DNA from: an uncultured Pleurocapsa sp.
GTDB lineage: Bacteria; Chloroflexota; Anaerolineae; Aggregatilineales; Phototrophicaceae
Length of the DNA stretch: 64,000 nt
NCBI GenBank assembly: GCA_964654755.1
Contig: CAZZJW010000003.1
Location: 19,719 to 83,718 of the forward strand
Reading direction: 5' to 3'
Shown here: positions 24,893 through 33,332 of the stretch, piece by piece
How the letters are laid out: the number at the start of each line of letters is the position of its first letter
How positions within the stretch are numbered: the first letter of the stretch is position 1
The notes under the pieces: model-generated
The model's input: only the letters and a program-made list of their open reading frames with translations
Told to the model about the DNA's origin: nothing
Database searches by the model: none
Position numbers and translations under genes: made by a program

Positions 24893-25750
24893 TCAGGTTG
24901 TGCCGGGCAGCCGCAGCGTGACGGTTGTGCCGGCGCCGGGGGTGCTGGCGAAATGCAGGCTGCTGCCCAGCACCCGGGCGATGCCCATCGCCACGGGCAC
25001 GCCCAGCCCGCTGCCTTTATAGGTGCGCACCAGCTCGTTTTCGGAGCGGAAGTACGTCGTGCCCAGCTGCGCCAGGTCCTCCGGCGCAATACCGATGCCG
25101 TCGTCGCGCACCGTCAGCACCACACTCGCGCCATCGGCCACTGCGGAGACCACGCATTCCCCGCCCTTGCCCTTGTGATAGCGCAAGCCGTTCTCGATGA
25201 GCTTGTTCAGCGCGCGCACCAGCACGTCGCCATCGAGGTTGAGCAGTGGCAGCCCCTGCGGCAGATCGAAGCGCAGTGTGCGCCCGAGCTGCAGCGCCAG
25301 CGGAGTCATCACCTTCTCGGACTGCTGCGCGATGTTACGCACAGTGTCGATGCGGGGGTTGAGGCGCAGTGTGCCCGCGCGCAGCTTGTTGATATCGGAG
25401 ACATCCTGCATCAGCGCTTCCATGCGCCGCACGTTGACGCGCACGGTTTCGACGAAGCCTTTCTGCATGTCGTTCAGGCCGCCCATGCTCACCAGCATGT
25501 CGGTGTAGCCGCGCACGCTGGTCATCGGCGTGCGCAGTTCGTGCAGGGCATGCCCGAAAAAGGCGGACTGCTCGCGCAGGGCGGTCTCGGTTGCGTCGGG
25601 GGTGGGCGCGGCGCTTTCGGGGGCGGCCTGCAGCACACGCTGCACGGCCTTGAGGCGCGCCGTCAGGACGTCGGGCGGCAGTGCTGCGGTGTTGGCGTCG
25701 GCCAGCAGCGCATCGAGCAGCCGCTGCGCCTCGTCTGGGGTGGGGGTCAT
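24893..25750 (-). CDS. soluble histidine kinase (HisKA + HATPase_c)
   Basis: H-box FFGHALHELRTPMTSVRGYTDML. N/G boxes LIENGLRY, DDGIGI, GSGLGVPVAMGIA. Its ATG overlaps the nth stop (ATGA). Confidence 0.85.
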   Translation of the reverse strand: MTPTPDEAQRLLDALLADANTAALPPDVLTARLKAVQRVLQAAPESAAPTPDATETALREQSAFFGHALHELRTPMTSVRGYTDMLVSMGGLNDMQKGFVETVRVNVRRMEALMQDVSDINKLRAGTLRLNPRIDTVRNIAQQSEKVMTPLALQLGRTLRFDLPQGLPLLNLDGDVLVRALNKLIENGLRYHKGKGGECVVSAVADGASVVLTVRDDGIGIAPEDLAQLGTTYFRSENELVRTYKGSGLGVPVAMGIARVLGSSLHFASTPGAGTTVTLRLPGTT

Positions 25751-26484
25751 GGGGCCGTCTCCTGTGCGTTGTCGATGGGGGCGCTGCCTGTCATACGCCG
25801 GTAGTAGTCACAGTGCGCGGTCAGCGGGCAGCGTTCGCAGGCTGGCCGCCGTGCCTGGCATACCTCGCGCCCGTGCCGGATGAGGTTGAGGTGGAAGGCG
25901 TAGTAATCCTGCGGTGGTATCAGCGCTTCCATCACATCGTGGGCGCGGTCGGCGCTGATGCCTTCGGGCAGAAAGCCGATGCGCTGGCCGAGCCGGTGCA
26001 CATGGGTATCGACGGGGAAGGCGGGCCGGCCAAAGGCGAAGCACAGCACGATCGCGGCGGTCTTCGGCCCCACGCCGTCCAGCGCGGTCAGCCAGGCTTT
26101 GGCCTGATCGATGGGCATGCTGCCGAGGAAATCGATGTCGAGCGCCCCGCGTTCGGCATGGATGCGGCGCAGCACCTGCTGGATGCGCGGGCCCTTCTGG
26201 TTGGACAGGCCGGCGGGCCGGATGGCCTCGATCACCGCCTCGGCTGGCGCGTTCATCACCTGCTCCCAGTCGGGGAAGCGGGCTCTGAGGCTGCTGAAGG
26301 CGCGATCGCGATTGCGGTCGTTGGTGCTCTGGCTGAGGATGCAGTCGATCAGCTCGTCCAGCGGCGGCAGCGCAGCGCGCCAGGCGGGGTAGCCGTACAT
26401 CTCACGCAGCGCAGCGGCGACCGGGGCGTACTTCTCCCGGCGCTGCTCAAAATCGGGCAGGCTGCTCTCGGTGAATGCGGTCAT
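25747..26484 (-). CDS. nth: endonuclease III (DNA glycosylase/AP lyase)
   Basis: HhH-GPD motif LTALDGVGPKTAAIVL, VDTHVHR, and C-terminal 4Fe-4S cluster C-x6-C-x2-C-x5-C (CQARRPACERCPLTAHC). The track ORF 25747..27405 extends upstream as a shadow. Confidence 0.9.
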   Translation of the reverse strand: MTAFTESSLPDFEQRREKYAPVAAALREMYGYPAWRAALPPLDELIDCILSQSTNDRNRDRAFSSLRARFPDWEQVMNAPAEAVIEAIRPAGLSNQKGPRIQQVLRRIHAERGALDIDFLGSMPIDQAKAWLTALDGVGPKTAAIVLCFAFGRPAFPVDTHVHRLGQRIGFLPEGISADRAHDVMEALIPPQDYYAFHLNLIRHGREVCQARRPACERCPLTAHCDYYRRMTGSAPIDNAQETAP

Positions 26485-26515
26485 GAAGGCGTGTCCTCCC
26501 GCCGAACGGCGCGTG

Positions 26516-27556
26516 TCATAACGTTCCCAGATACGAGGCCCGCGCGACCGGGATGAGCGCGCCGGTCTTCGCGTCCAGCCGCCATGTGCCATCCTGATCC
26601 GCACGCGTGAGCAGCACCGCGCCGCCGTCCGCCGTCCAGGCGACCGGTCGCAGCGGCGCACTGACCGGGCTGCCGAGCACGCGCACGCTGTCGAGCGAGC
26701 GATCGACCAGCACGAAGAGGGTCTCGCGGCCATCGGGCGCCGGGCGGGCCAGCGCATACACGGCCAGGCTGCCATCCGGCGCGATACGCACATCACCGCC
26801 CAGCGTGTAATCGGCCAGGCCGGCCCCGCGAATGGGATCGAGCGCCCCGGTCGCCAGATCGATGACGTTGACATCGAATCCCACGTCGCCCAGCGCCAGC
26901 CGCACGAGCACGCCGGCGCGGATGTCTCCTCCGCAGTAGCACGCTGCTTCGCCGGGCAGAGCGTACGTCGCGCTGGTCGCCAGATCGACGGCGAACAGCG
27001 ACGCGTACTGCTGGAACGGCGCGAGATCGGCGATGGTATCCGGCTGATAATCCATGTACAGCAGTCCGCCATCAGCGCTGAAGGTGACGGGGAAGGCGCG
27101 GATGCCGTCGTGCGGGCCATCGCGCAGCACCAGGCGCATGCTGCTGCCATCACTGGCGGCGACCCAGCTTTCGGTGGCGAGCGCATCGGGCGTGCCGGAG
27201 GTGATCGTCCAGGCGATCTGCGCGCCATCGGGCGAAGCGGCGAAGTCGACGCGGCGCGCGCCCGCCGGCACGCGGATGAACGGATGCGGGCCGAGCTCCC
27301 CCTGCGCGCTGGCGAACTGCACTGCGCCCTGCGGATCGGTGAAGACCACGCCACCGCCGGCCAGGGTGAAGCGCGCGCCCTGCACTTCGCTGACGACTTC
27401 CTCACCGGTGATCATGCTGACGAAATGCAGCCGCGTGGCGGCGCCGGCGCGTTCTGCAAACACCTCGTAGCGCGGCGGTGGCGGGGCGCTGTCCTGTGCG
27501 GTGGCTGGAGCGAGAGCGGCCAGCGCCAGCCCGACGGCGAGCAGCCAGCGCTTCAT
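26516..27556 (-). CDS. secreted beta-propeller-like protein (PD40/TolB-like repeats), function unknown
   Basis: Signal peptide MKRWLLAVGLALAALAPATAQ. Repeated SPDG/SADG/APDG strands. Its ATG overlaps the sirtuin stop (ATGA). Confidence 0.65.
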   Translation of the reverse strand: MKRWLLAVGLALAALAPATAQDSAPPPPRYEVFAERAGAATRLHFVSMITGEEVVSEVQGARFTLAGGGVVFTDPQGAVQFASAQGELGPHPFIRVPAGARRVDFAASPDGAQIAWTITSGTPDALATESWVAASDGSSMRLVLRDGPHDGIRAFPVTFSADGGLLYMDYQPDTIADLAPFQQYASLFAVDLATSATYALPGEAACYCGGDIRAGVLVRLALGDVGFDVNVIDLATGALDPIRGAGLADYTLGGDVRIAPDGSLAVYALARPAPDGRETLFVLVDRSLDSVRVLGSPVSAPLRPVAWTADGGAVLLTRADQDGTWRLDAKTGALIPVARASYLGTL

Positions 27557-28350
27557 GCCGATGGCCCCGTCGCGCCGAGCAGGCGCACCAGCGCGGGCAG
27601 GGCGTGCCCCGCCGCCGCAGCGATCCACACCACGGCCAGCGGGGTGATATCGCTGCGTTCCGGATTGACCTCGATGATGCGTGCGCCGGCCCCGTGCGCC
27701 TGCGCTGGCAGGCCGGCGGCTGGATAGACCAGCCCGGAGGTGCCCACCACCAGCATGACATCGGCGCTGGCGCAGGCTTCGCGGGCGGCGCGCAGGGTGG
27801 CCTGTGGCAGCGCCTCGGTGAACCACACCACATCCGGGCGAATGGGCGCGCCGCAGTGCGGGCAGGCGGGCGGGCTGCCATCCGCCGGCGCGGGCAGGGC
27901 GCCCCGGTCCACCGGCGTCGGGCTGCCCTGACAGTCGGCGCTGCAGCGATCGGCGTCGAGCGTGCCGTGCAGGCGGATGACGCGCGTGCTGCCTGCGCTC
28001 TCGTGCAGGGTGTCGACGTTCTGCGTGATCAGCGTCAGATGCGGCCAGCGGGCTTCGAGCGCGGCCAGCGCATGATGGGCGGGATTGGGCTGGGCGCTGT
28101 GCAGCTTTTCGCGCCGCGCCTGATAGAACGCCCACACCAGCTTTGGATCGCGCGCGAAGGCTGCCGGCGTGGCGAGCTGTGCCGGGTCGTAGCGGGCCCA
28201 CAGCCCGGTCTGCGCTTCGCGAAAGGTGGCGATGCCAGACTCGCGGCTGACTCCAGCGCCGGTCAGCACGACGAGCCGCCTGCAGTCGCGCAGCAGGCGA
28301 ACGGCATCGCGCAGCGAAGTGTCGTAGTCGTGACGGGAACTGGGGCTCAC
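27553..28350 (-). CDS. cobB: NAD-dependent protein deacylase (Sir2 family, CobB-like)
   Basis: GAGVSRESGIATFR, TQNVDTLH, zinc ribbon C..C...CPHCG, VVWFTE, LVVGTSGLVYPAA. GTG 28350 follows AGGA. Confidence 0.85.
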   Translation of the reverse strand: MSPSSRHDYDTSLRDAVRLLRDCRRLVVLTGAGVSRESGIATFREAQTGLWARYDPAQLATPAAFARDPKLVWAFYQARREKLHSAQPNPAHHALAALEARWPHLTLITQNVDTLHESAGSTRVIRLHGTLDADRCSADCQGSPTPVDRGALPAPADGSPPACPHCGAPIRPDVVWFTEALPQATLRAAREACASADVMLVVGTSGLVYPAAGLPAQAHGAGARIIEVNPERSDITPLAVVWIAAAAGHALPALVRLLGATGPSA

Positions 28351-28507
28351 GCCGATCCTGCGCTGTCTGGTTGAACTGACAAGTGTGGAGATTATAGCGA
28401 ATCCCCGCCTCTCGCGGGAAATTCGTCTGCCGGGCGGCGCAGCGGCCGTCATGCACCGGCCCGGCGGGCGCGCTACACTCGTGCTGCAGACGGCCACGGG
28501 GGTGGAC

Positions 28508-28924
28508 ATGGTGCGGATCACGCGGATTGGGGTGAGTTCAGCGTTCCGGGTGGGGGCGGTGCTGAGCGCGATCACGACGGTCGTGTTCGGGCTGGTGACA
28601 GTGCTGCTTCAGGCTGGCTTCATCGGTCTGGTGGTGGGCGGCTACAACGAGGCGGCGGCTGGTAGCTACTCCGGCGGCGGCAGCACGATCAACCTGGGCG
28701 CGATCAGCGCGTTCAGCGGCGGCGCGCTGGTGTGCGCCTATCTGGCCAGCATCGTGGCAGTGGCGCTGGCGGGCGGGCTGGCGGCGGCGGCGCTGGCGCT
28801 GTTCTACAACGGGACGGCCCGGCTGATCGGCGGCCTGGAGGTGCACGTGAGCACGCTGTCCCCGCAGCGCGAGCAGGATGCGCTGATGGAGGAGATTCAG
28901 GCCGACCTGTCGTACCGGCAGTAG
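28508..28924 (+). CDS. DUF3566-like small membrane protein
   Basis: RITRIGVSSAFRVGAVLSAI...LALFYNGTARLIGGLEVHV resembles the DUF3566 pattern (recalled from memory). Two or three TM segments. Confidence 0.55.
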   Translation: MVRITRIGVSSAFRVGAVLSAITTVVFGLVTVLLQAGFIGLVVGGYNEAAAGSYSGGGSTINLGAISAFSGGALVCAYLASIVAVALAGGLAAAALALFYNGTARLIGGLEVHVSTLSPQREQDALMEEIQADLSYRQ

Positions 28925-28959
28925 ACGGCCCACGCGCTTCACTCGGAGTGCTGGCTGCA

Positions 28960-28989
28960 TTGTTCCTGCGGGCGGCATCAGGTTATACT
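28960..28989 (+). promoter_or_regulatory. candidate promoter of the STAND gene (TTGTTC-18 nt-TATACT)
   Basis: TTGTTC ctgcgggcggcatcaggt TATACT lies about 40 nt upstream of ATG 29030. Confidence 0.35.
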
Positions 28990-29029
28990 TTGGTTTCATA
29001 AGCGGTATGGCATCGGCGGGAAGAGCACA

Positions 29030-31633
29030 ATGACCGACTTTACGCCTCATGAAGCCCCTGCGAGATCGGTTCAGGCGCTGCCAGTGCAGCCGCCAGCCCG
29101 GCTGATCGGGCGCGAGGTCACGCTCACACGCGTGTACTCGCAGCTGCGCGAGCTTAAGCCTGTGCTGCTGTACGGCCCGCCGGGTATCGGCAAGTCGGCG
29201 CTCGCCGCCACGCTCGCCAGCGCCTACACCGAGATGGAAGGCGGGGCGCTTTACCTGACGGTGCACAACGATACGGTGTCGGAGCTGATCGCCCGGGTGG
29301 GCCGCGCCTACCGGGATGAGGCGCTCACCGAGGCCGAGTCGCCGCTGTCGAACGCGCTGCGCGCTGCGGAGCGCCTGGCGGAAGACAAGCCCCTACTGGT
29401 GCTCGATGGTCTGCTCAACCCGCATGCCGTGACCGAGTTCGTCACCCGCTGCGCCAACGCCTATCCGATGCTGCTGGTCAACGAGAGCGAGATCGAAGGG
29501 CCGTGGACGACGCAGCGGCTGGGCAAGCTGGAGCCGGCGGCGGCGGTGGCGATGTTCAAGGCGCAGGCCGGCGCGCAGAGCGACTCGGCGGATGCGGATA
29601 TCGCGGCGCTGGCGGATACGCTGGGCTACACGCCGTTCGCGCTGTCCGTCGCTGCTGGCTGGGCGCGCGCGAACAAGGGGGCGCCGGCGGCCTTCACCGC
29701 GCTGCTGCCGAAAAGCCCGTCGCCGGATGTGCCGCCGTCGCTGCTGGCACTGACCGCCAGCTTCCGCAGCCTGGGCAGCGGCGCGACCAACGCGCTGCAG
29801 GGCCTGCTGCTGGTGATGGGCGCCACCTTCACGGGCAGCGCCAGCGCCGAGATGATGGGGTTGGTCGCCGGCGCGCCCACCGAGATCATCACGGGCGCGC
29901 TCAACCAGCTGGTGCAGCGCGGACTGATTGAGCGCAGCACGCGCTATGGCCAGCCGTACTACCGCCTGCACGAGATCACCTATACCTTCCTGCAGACGTG
30001 GCTGCGCGGCTCGAAAAGCCTCGATCCGCTGCAGGCCAAAGTGCGCGAAGCCGTGCGCGTGTTCACCCGCCGCTATGCCGATGCCGCCCGCGCCAACCCC
30101 GGCGATGCCACCGCCGGCGACCGGCTGGCGGCTGAGATGGAGTTGATCCTGGCGACGGCGCAGTGGGCCGCGCAGGGTGACGACCGCGACCTTGTCAATC
30201 AGCTTGCCGGGGCGCTGCTCAGCGCAGGCGCTTTCGTCAGTGAGCGCGGCTACACCTACGATCTGCAGCTGCTGCGCCGGCTTTCGGCCAGCTCGACCAC
30301 GCCATTCCCCGCACATGCTGCTGTCGCTGAGCCGGCACGCCCGGCGGCGCCCGCGCCTGGCCCGGTGTCGATCATGGATACGCTGGCCGCTGCTGAGGCC
30401 CCGCTGACGATCGCGCCGGCGGCGGAGGAAGACGAGGAGGAGCCGGGCGCGCCGGACCTCATCCCGCTGCAAGACGACGCGGATGACGAGGCTGTACCCG
30501 AAGACGCCACGCCGGATGACGAGGCGGACGTGATCGATGACGACGCGGATGAGGACGAGCCTGGCGAGGCTGAGATTGAAAGCCCGCTGCCGTTCGTGGA
30601 CGATGCGCAGGCCGACAGCGAGACGCAGCAGCACCGTCGCGCCGCTGGCCTCGCCCGCCAGGCGGGCGACCGGCGTACGCAGGCAGACGAGCTGGCGAGC
30701 CTGGCGCGCACGCAGGAGCGCGAAGGCAAGGACACCGAGGCGATCGCCACGGCTTCAGAGGCGCTGGCGCTGTACGAGGAACTGAACGATACGCCCGGCA
30801 TGCTGAGCGCGCTGGAGGCGCTGGCCCGGCTGACCGTGCGCACCGAAAATGCGCAGGCTGCCGTGCTGCACGCCTCGCGCGGGGCGGCGCTGGCGCGCGA
30901 GTTCGGCAACGCACCGGCGCGCATGGCGCTTCTGGCGGCGCTGGGCGATGCGCGGCAGCTGCTGGGCGAGAGCGAGGATGCGCTGCGGGCCTACAGTGAG
31001 GCGCTGGAGATCGCGCTGGGCAGCGCGGATGTGCTGGCCGCTGGGCAGATTCAGCTCAAGCTCGGCTATGCGCAGTTGGATGCTGGCGACGCTTCCAGCG
31101 CGATGAAGACCTGGGACGAGGCGCTGTCTCAGTTCCGCTCGCAGAACCGGCGCGATCTCGAAGCGCGTGCGCTGGGCGGGATCGGCACGGCCAACGGTGA
31201 GCTTGGCCGCTGGACGGAGGCGGTCGGCTACTTCGGCTCGGCGCTGCACATCGCCCGCGAGGTGGGCGATCGTGCGGAAGAGGCGCTGCAGCTCAGCAAC
31301 CTGGCCGATGCGCATGTGCAGGCCAATCAGCTTGGCCAGGCAGTGATGCGCTACCGCCAGGCGCTGCATCTGGCTTACGAGGCGGACAATGACGATGCGG
31401 TGATCAGCACCGTGGTCGATCTGGGGCGGCTGCTGGTGGAAAGCCCTCGGCATCTGTCGATCGCGGAACTGCTGGTGAACGATGCGCTGACGCGCGCGCC
31501 GCATGATCGCGATCTGCGCCGGCTGAAGGAGCGGATCGAGGACGAGCGCGAGGCGCTGGGGGAGAGCGTGGCGTACAAGCCGGTCGCTGGCACTGCCCGC
31601 GATTATGCGGCCAACGCCTACCGCATGGAGTAG
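29030..31633 (+). CDS. STAND-class P-loop NTPase (NB-ARC/AAA-like) with acidic linker and C-terminal TPR array
   Basis: Walker A LLYGPPGIGKSALA, Walker B PLLVLDGL, winged-helix-like middle region, D/E-rich linker (EEDEEEPGAPD...DDDADEDEPGEAE), then about 8 TPR-like repeats. Confidence 0.75.
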   Translation: MTDFTPHEAPARSVQALPVQPPARLIGREVTLTRVYSQLRELKPVLLYGPPGIGKSALAATLASAYTEMEGGALYLTVHNDTVSELIARVGRAYRDEALTEAESPLSNALRAAERLAEDKPLLVLDGLLNPHAVTEFVTRCANAYPMLLVNESEIEGPWTTQRLGKLEPAAAVAMFKAQAGAQSDSADADIAALADTLGYTPFALSVAAGWARANKGAPAAFTALLPKSPSPDVPPSLLALTASFRSLGSGATNALQGLLLVMGATFTGSASAEMMGLVAGAPTEIITGALNQLVQRGLIERSTRYGQPYYRLHEITYTFLQTWLRGSKSLDPLQAKVREAVRVFTRRYADAARANPGDATAGDRLAAEMELILATAQWAAQGDDRDLVNQLAGALLSAGAFVSERGYTYDLQLLRRLSASSTTPFPAHAAVAEPARPAAPAPGPVSIMDTLAAAEAPLTIAPAAEEDEEEPGAPDLIPLQDDADDEAVPEDATPDDEADVIDDDADEDEPGEAEIESPLPFVDDAQADSETQQHRRAAGLARQAGDRRTQADELASLARTQEREGKDTEAIATASEALALYEELNDTPGMLSALEALARLTVRTENAQAAVLHASRGAALAREFGNAPARMALLAALGDARQLLGESEDALRAYSEALEIALGSADVLAAGQIQLKLGYAQLDAGDASSAMKTWDEALSQFRSQNRRDLEARALGGIGTANGELGRWTEAVGYFGSALHIAREVGDRAEEALQLSNLADAHVQANQLGQAVMRYRQALHLAYEADNDDAVISTVVDLGRLLVESPRHLSIAELLVNDALTRAPHDRDLRRLKERIEDEREALGESVAYKPVAGTARDYAANAYRME

Positions 31634-31646
31634 CAGTTGCGCTGGT

Positions 31647-33233
31647 TCAGGTCAGCGGCAGCCAGAAGCCAAAGGTGCTGCCGTGCCCGAGCTGGCTTTT
31701 CACCCACACTTCGCCCTGGTGGCGCTCGATCACGGTTCTGACCAGATGCAGGCCGAGGCCACGTCCTTCGATGCCTTCCACGCCTGGGCTGCGCGCGCGG
31801 AAGAATGCCTCGAACACGCGCGGCAGCGCCTCTGGCGCAATGCCCGGGCCGCTGTCTGACACGGTGACCTCCATTCGGCCATCGCGCAGCGCTGCGCGCA
31901 GGGTGATCCGCCCGTGTTCTGGCGTGTACTTGCTGGCGTTGTCGAGGTAGTTCTCCACCGCTTCGCGCACCAGCGGCCCGTTCATCCGCACCATCGTCGG
32001 CCCATCGAAGTGCGCTTCAACGTCCAGCGTCTGGCTGCGCGCCTCGAAGTACGGGCGCATGTGTTCGACAGCGGCTTCCAGCACGAGGCGGAAATCCATG
32101 CTCTCGACCATCTCCAGCGGAGAGGTACGGATCTTCTCGACCCGCAGCAGGTCGTCCAGCAGGCCCTGCATGCGGTCGATGGCGCGGTAGATGGCGTCGA
32201 GGTGCTCGTTGATGGGAGAGCCCTCCTCGACTTCGAGCGCGATCAGCGAGCAGTAGCCGACGATCAGCGCCAGCGGGCTGCGCAGATCGTGCGAGGCCAT
32301 GTTGAGCATCTCGTCCTTGAAGCGGTTGAGGTCGCGAAGTTGGGTGATGTCGCGCACCACGATCACGTGACCGGGGGCCTCCTGACCGCTGCGCCAGGTG
32401 GTGATGGTGACGGCGTAGTCGCGCAGCTCGGCGCTGGAGCGCGCCTCCAGGATGCGTACCGGCTCGTCACTCCCATGCTGCGTGATCGCGTCCTGAAGCT
32501 GCGCCAGGACCTCGTTGGCGGCGGCCAGATCGCGCATCTGCCGGCCGAGTGCCTGCGCTTCGCTGCAGCCAATCAGGGCGGCGCCGGCAGCATTGACCAG
32601 CAGCACAGTCCCCGCCCCGTCCAGCACCAGCAGCACATCGGGCATGGCAGAGAGGATGGCGGCGAACTGCCGCTCGCGCTGCTGCATGCGGCGCAGCATG
32701 TGCGCGTTCTGCAGCGCGACGGTGGCTTCATTGGCGATGATGGAGAGCACGTTCAGCTCGTGCGCGGCATAGCGGCCGGGCTGGCTGTGCTGCAGCGTGA
32801 GCACGCCCAGCACACGCCCGTGAAAGGCCATCGGCACGCACATCACCGCGCCAGCCGCCGAGGTGACGCCCTCGACATGCACCCAGCGCGGGTCTTCTGC
32901 CGCATTGGCGATCAGCACGCCCTGGCCGTGTGCAAGCACCCACCCAGCGAGTCCATGATCCAGGATTTCTGCCGGGTATGCACCTTCGCCCGCTGTGATG
33001 CGCTGCACCGGCTTCCCGACGCGGTATTCCAGCAGGGCCGCTTTCTGCCCGGAGGGCGGGTCTGCGACCAGCAGCAGGCTGGCGCGTTCGGCGCGGAATG
33101 CGCTGGCGGTCGTTTCGATGACGCGCTCAAACAACTGATCGGGATCGGCCAGCGTGAGCATCGCTGAAATCTCCGACAGCAGCGTGAGGTCTTCGGAAGA
33201 GACAGAGCGCAGGAACGACGTTTCCGACATCAC
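31647..33233 (-). CDS. GAF-PAS sensor histidine kinase
   Basis: GAF (VMCVPMAFHGRVLGVLTL), PAS (MPDVLLVLDGAGTVLLVN), H-box MASHDLRSPL, HATPase_c (DNASKYTP, DSGPGI, GRGLGLHLV, GHGSTFGFWLP). Confidence 0.9.
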   Translation of the reverse strand: MMSETSFLRSVSSEDLTLLSEISAMLTLADPDQLFERVIETTASAFRAERASLLLVADPPSGQKAALLEYRVGKPVQRITAGEGAYPAEILDHGLAGWVLAHGQGVLIANAAEDPRWVHVEGVTSAAGAVMCVPMAFHGRVLGVLTLQHSQPGRYAAHELNVLSIIANEATVALQNAHMLRRMQQRERQFAAILSAMPDVLLVLDGAGTVLLVNAAGAALIGCSEAQALGRQMRDLAAANEVLAQLQDAITQHGSDEPVRILEARSSAELRDYAVTITTWRSGQEAPGHVIVVRDITQLRDLNRFKDEMLNMASHDLRSPLALIVGYCSLIALEVEEGSPINEHLDAIYRAIDRMQGLLDDLLRVEKIRTSPLEMVESMDFRLVLEAAVEHMRPYFEARSQTLDVEAHFDGPTMVRMNGPLVREAVENYLDNASKYTPEHGRITLRAALRDGRMEVTVSDSGPGIAPEALPRVFEAFFRARSPGVEGIEGRGLGLHLVRTVIERHQGEVWVKSQLGHGSTFGFWLPLT

Positions 33234-33332
33234 CTTCTCAGCACGGACAGCGCGCAGCCGGTCTGTGAATCTGCGCGCAAGCTTCTCTCAGTGAAGCACA
33301 TTTCACTTCCGAAAATCATGAAGGCTTTGCCG

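Noticed and set aside
27553-28350. Sir2-domain protein as an anti-phage effector (Thoeris ThsA / DSR / SIR2-HerA-like)
   Set aside because: It has the complete housekeeping sirtuin motif set (GAGVS, QNVD.LH, a four-Cys zinc ribbon, VVWF, VVGTS). It is the size of CobB, has no fused sensor (SLOG/STAND/helicase) domains, and has no defence-type neighbours.
26516-28456. 646-aa ORF (and the 552-aa ORF 25747..27405) as single large genes
   Set aside because: Only the 3' parts have protein-like sequence: the secreted propeller from ATG 27556 and endonuclease III from ATG 26484. The 5' extensions run out of frame across the sirtuin and propeller genes and are Arg/Pro-rich noise.
29030-31633. STAND NTPase-TPR as an Avs-type antiviral sensor
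   Set aside because: There is no N-terminal effector domain, since Walker A begins about 45 residues from the start. No adjacent nuclease, protease, TIR or SIR2 effector is present, and the context is housekeeping. It is kept as a low-interest finding only.
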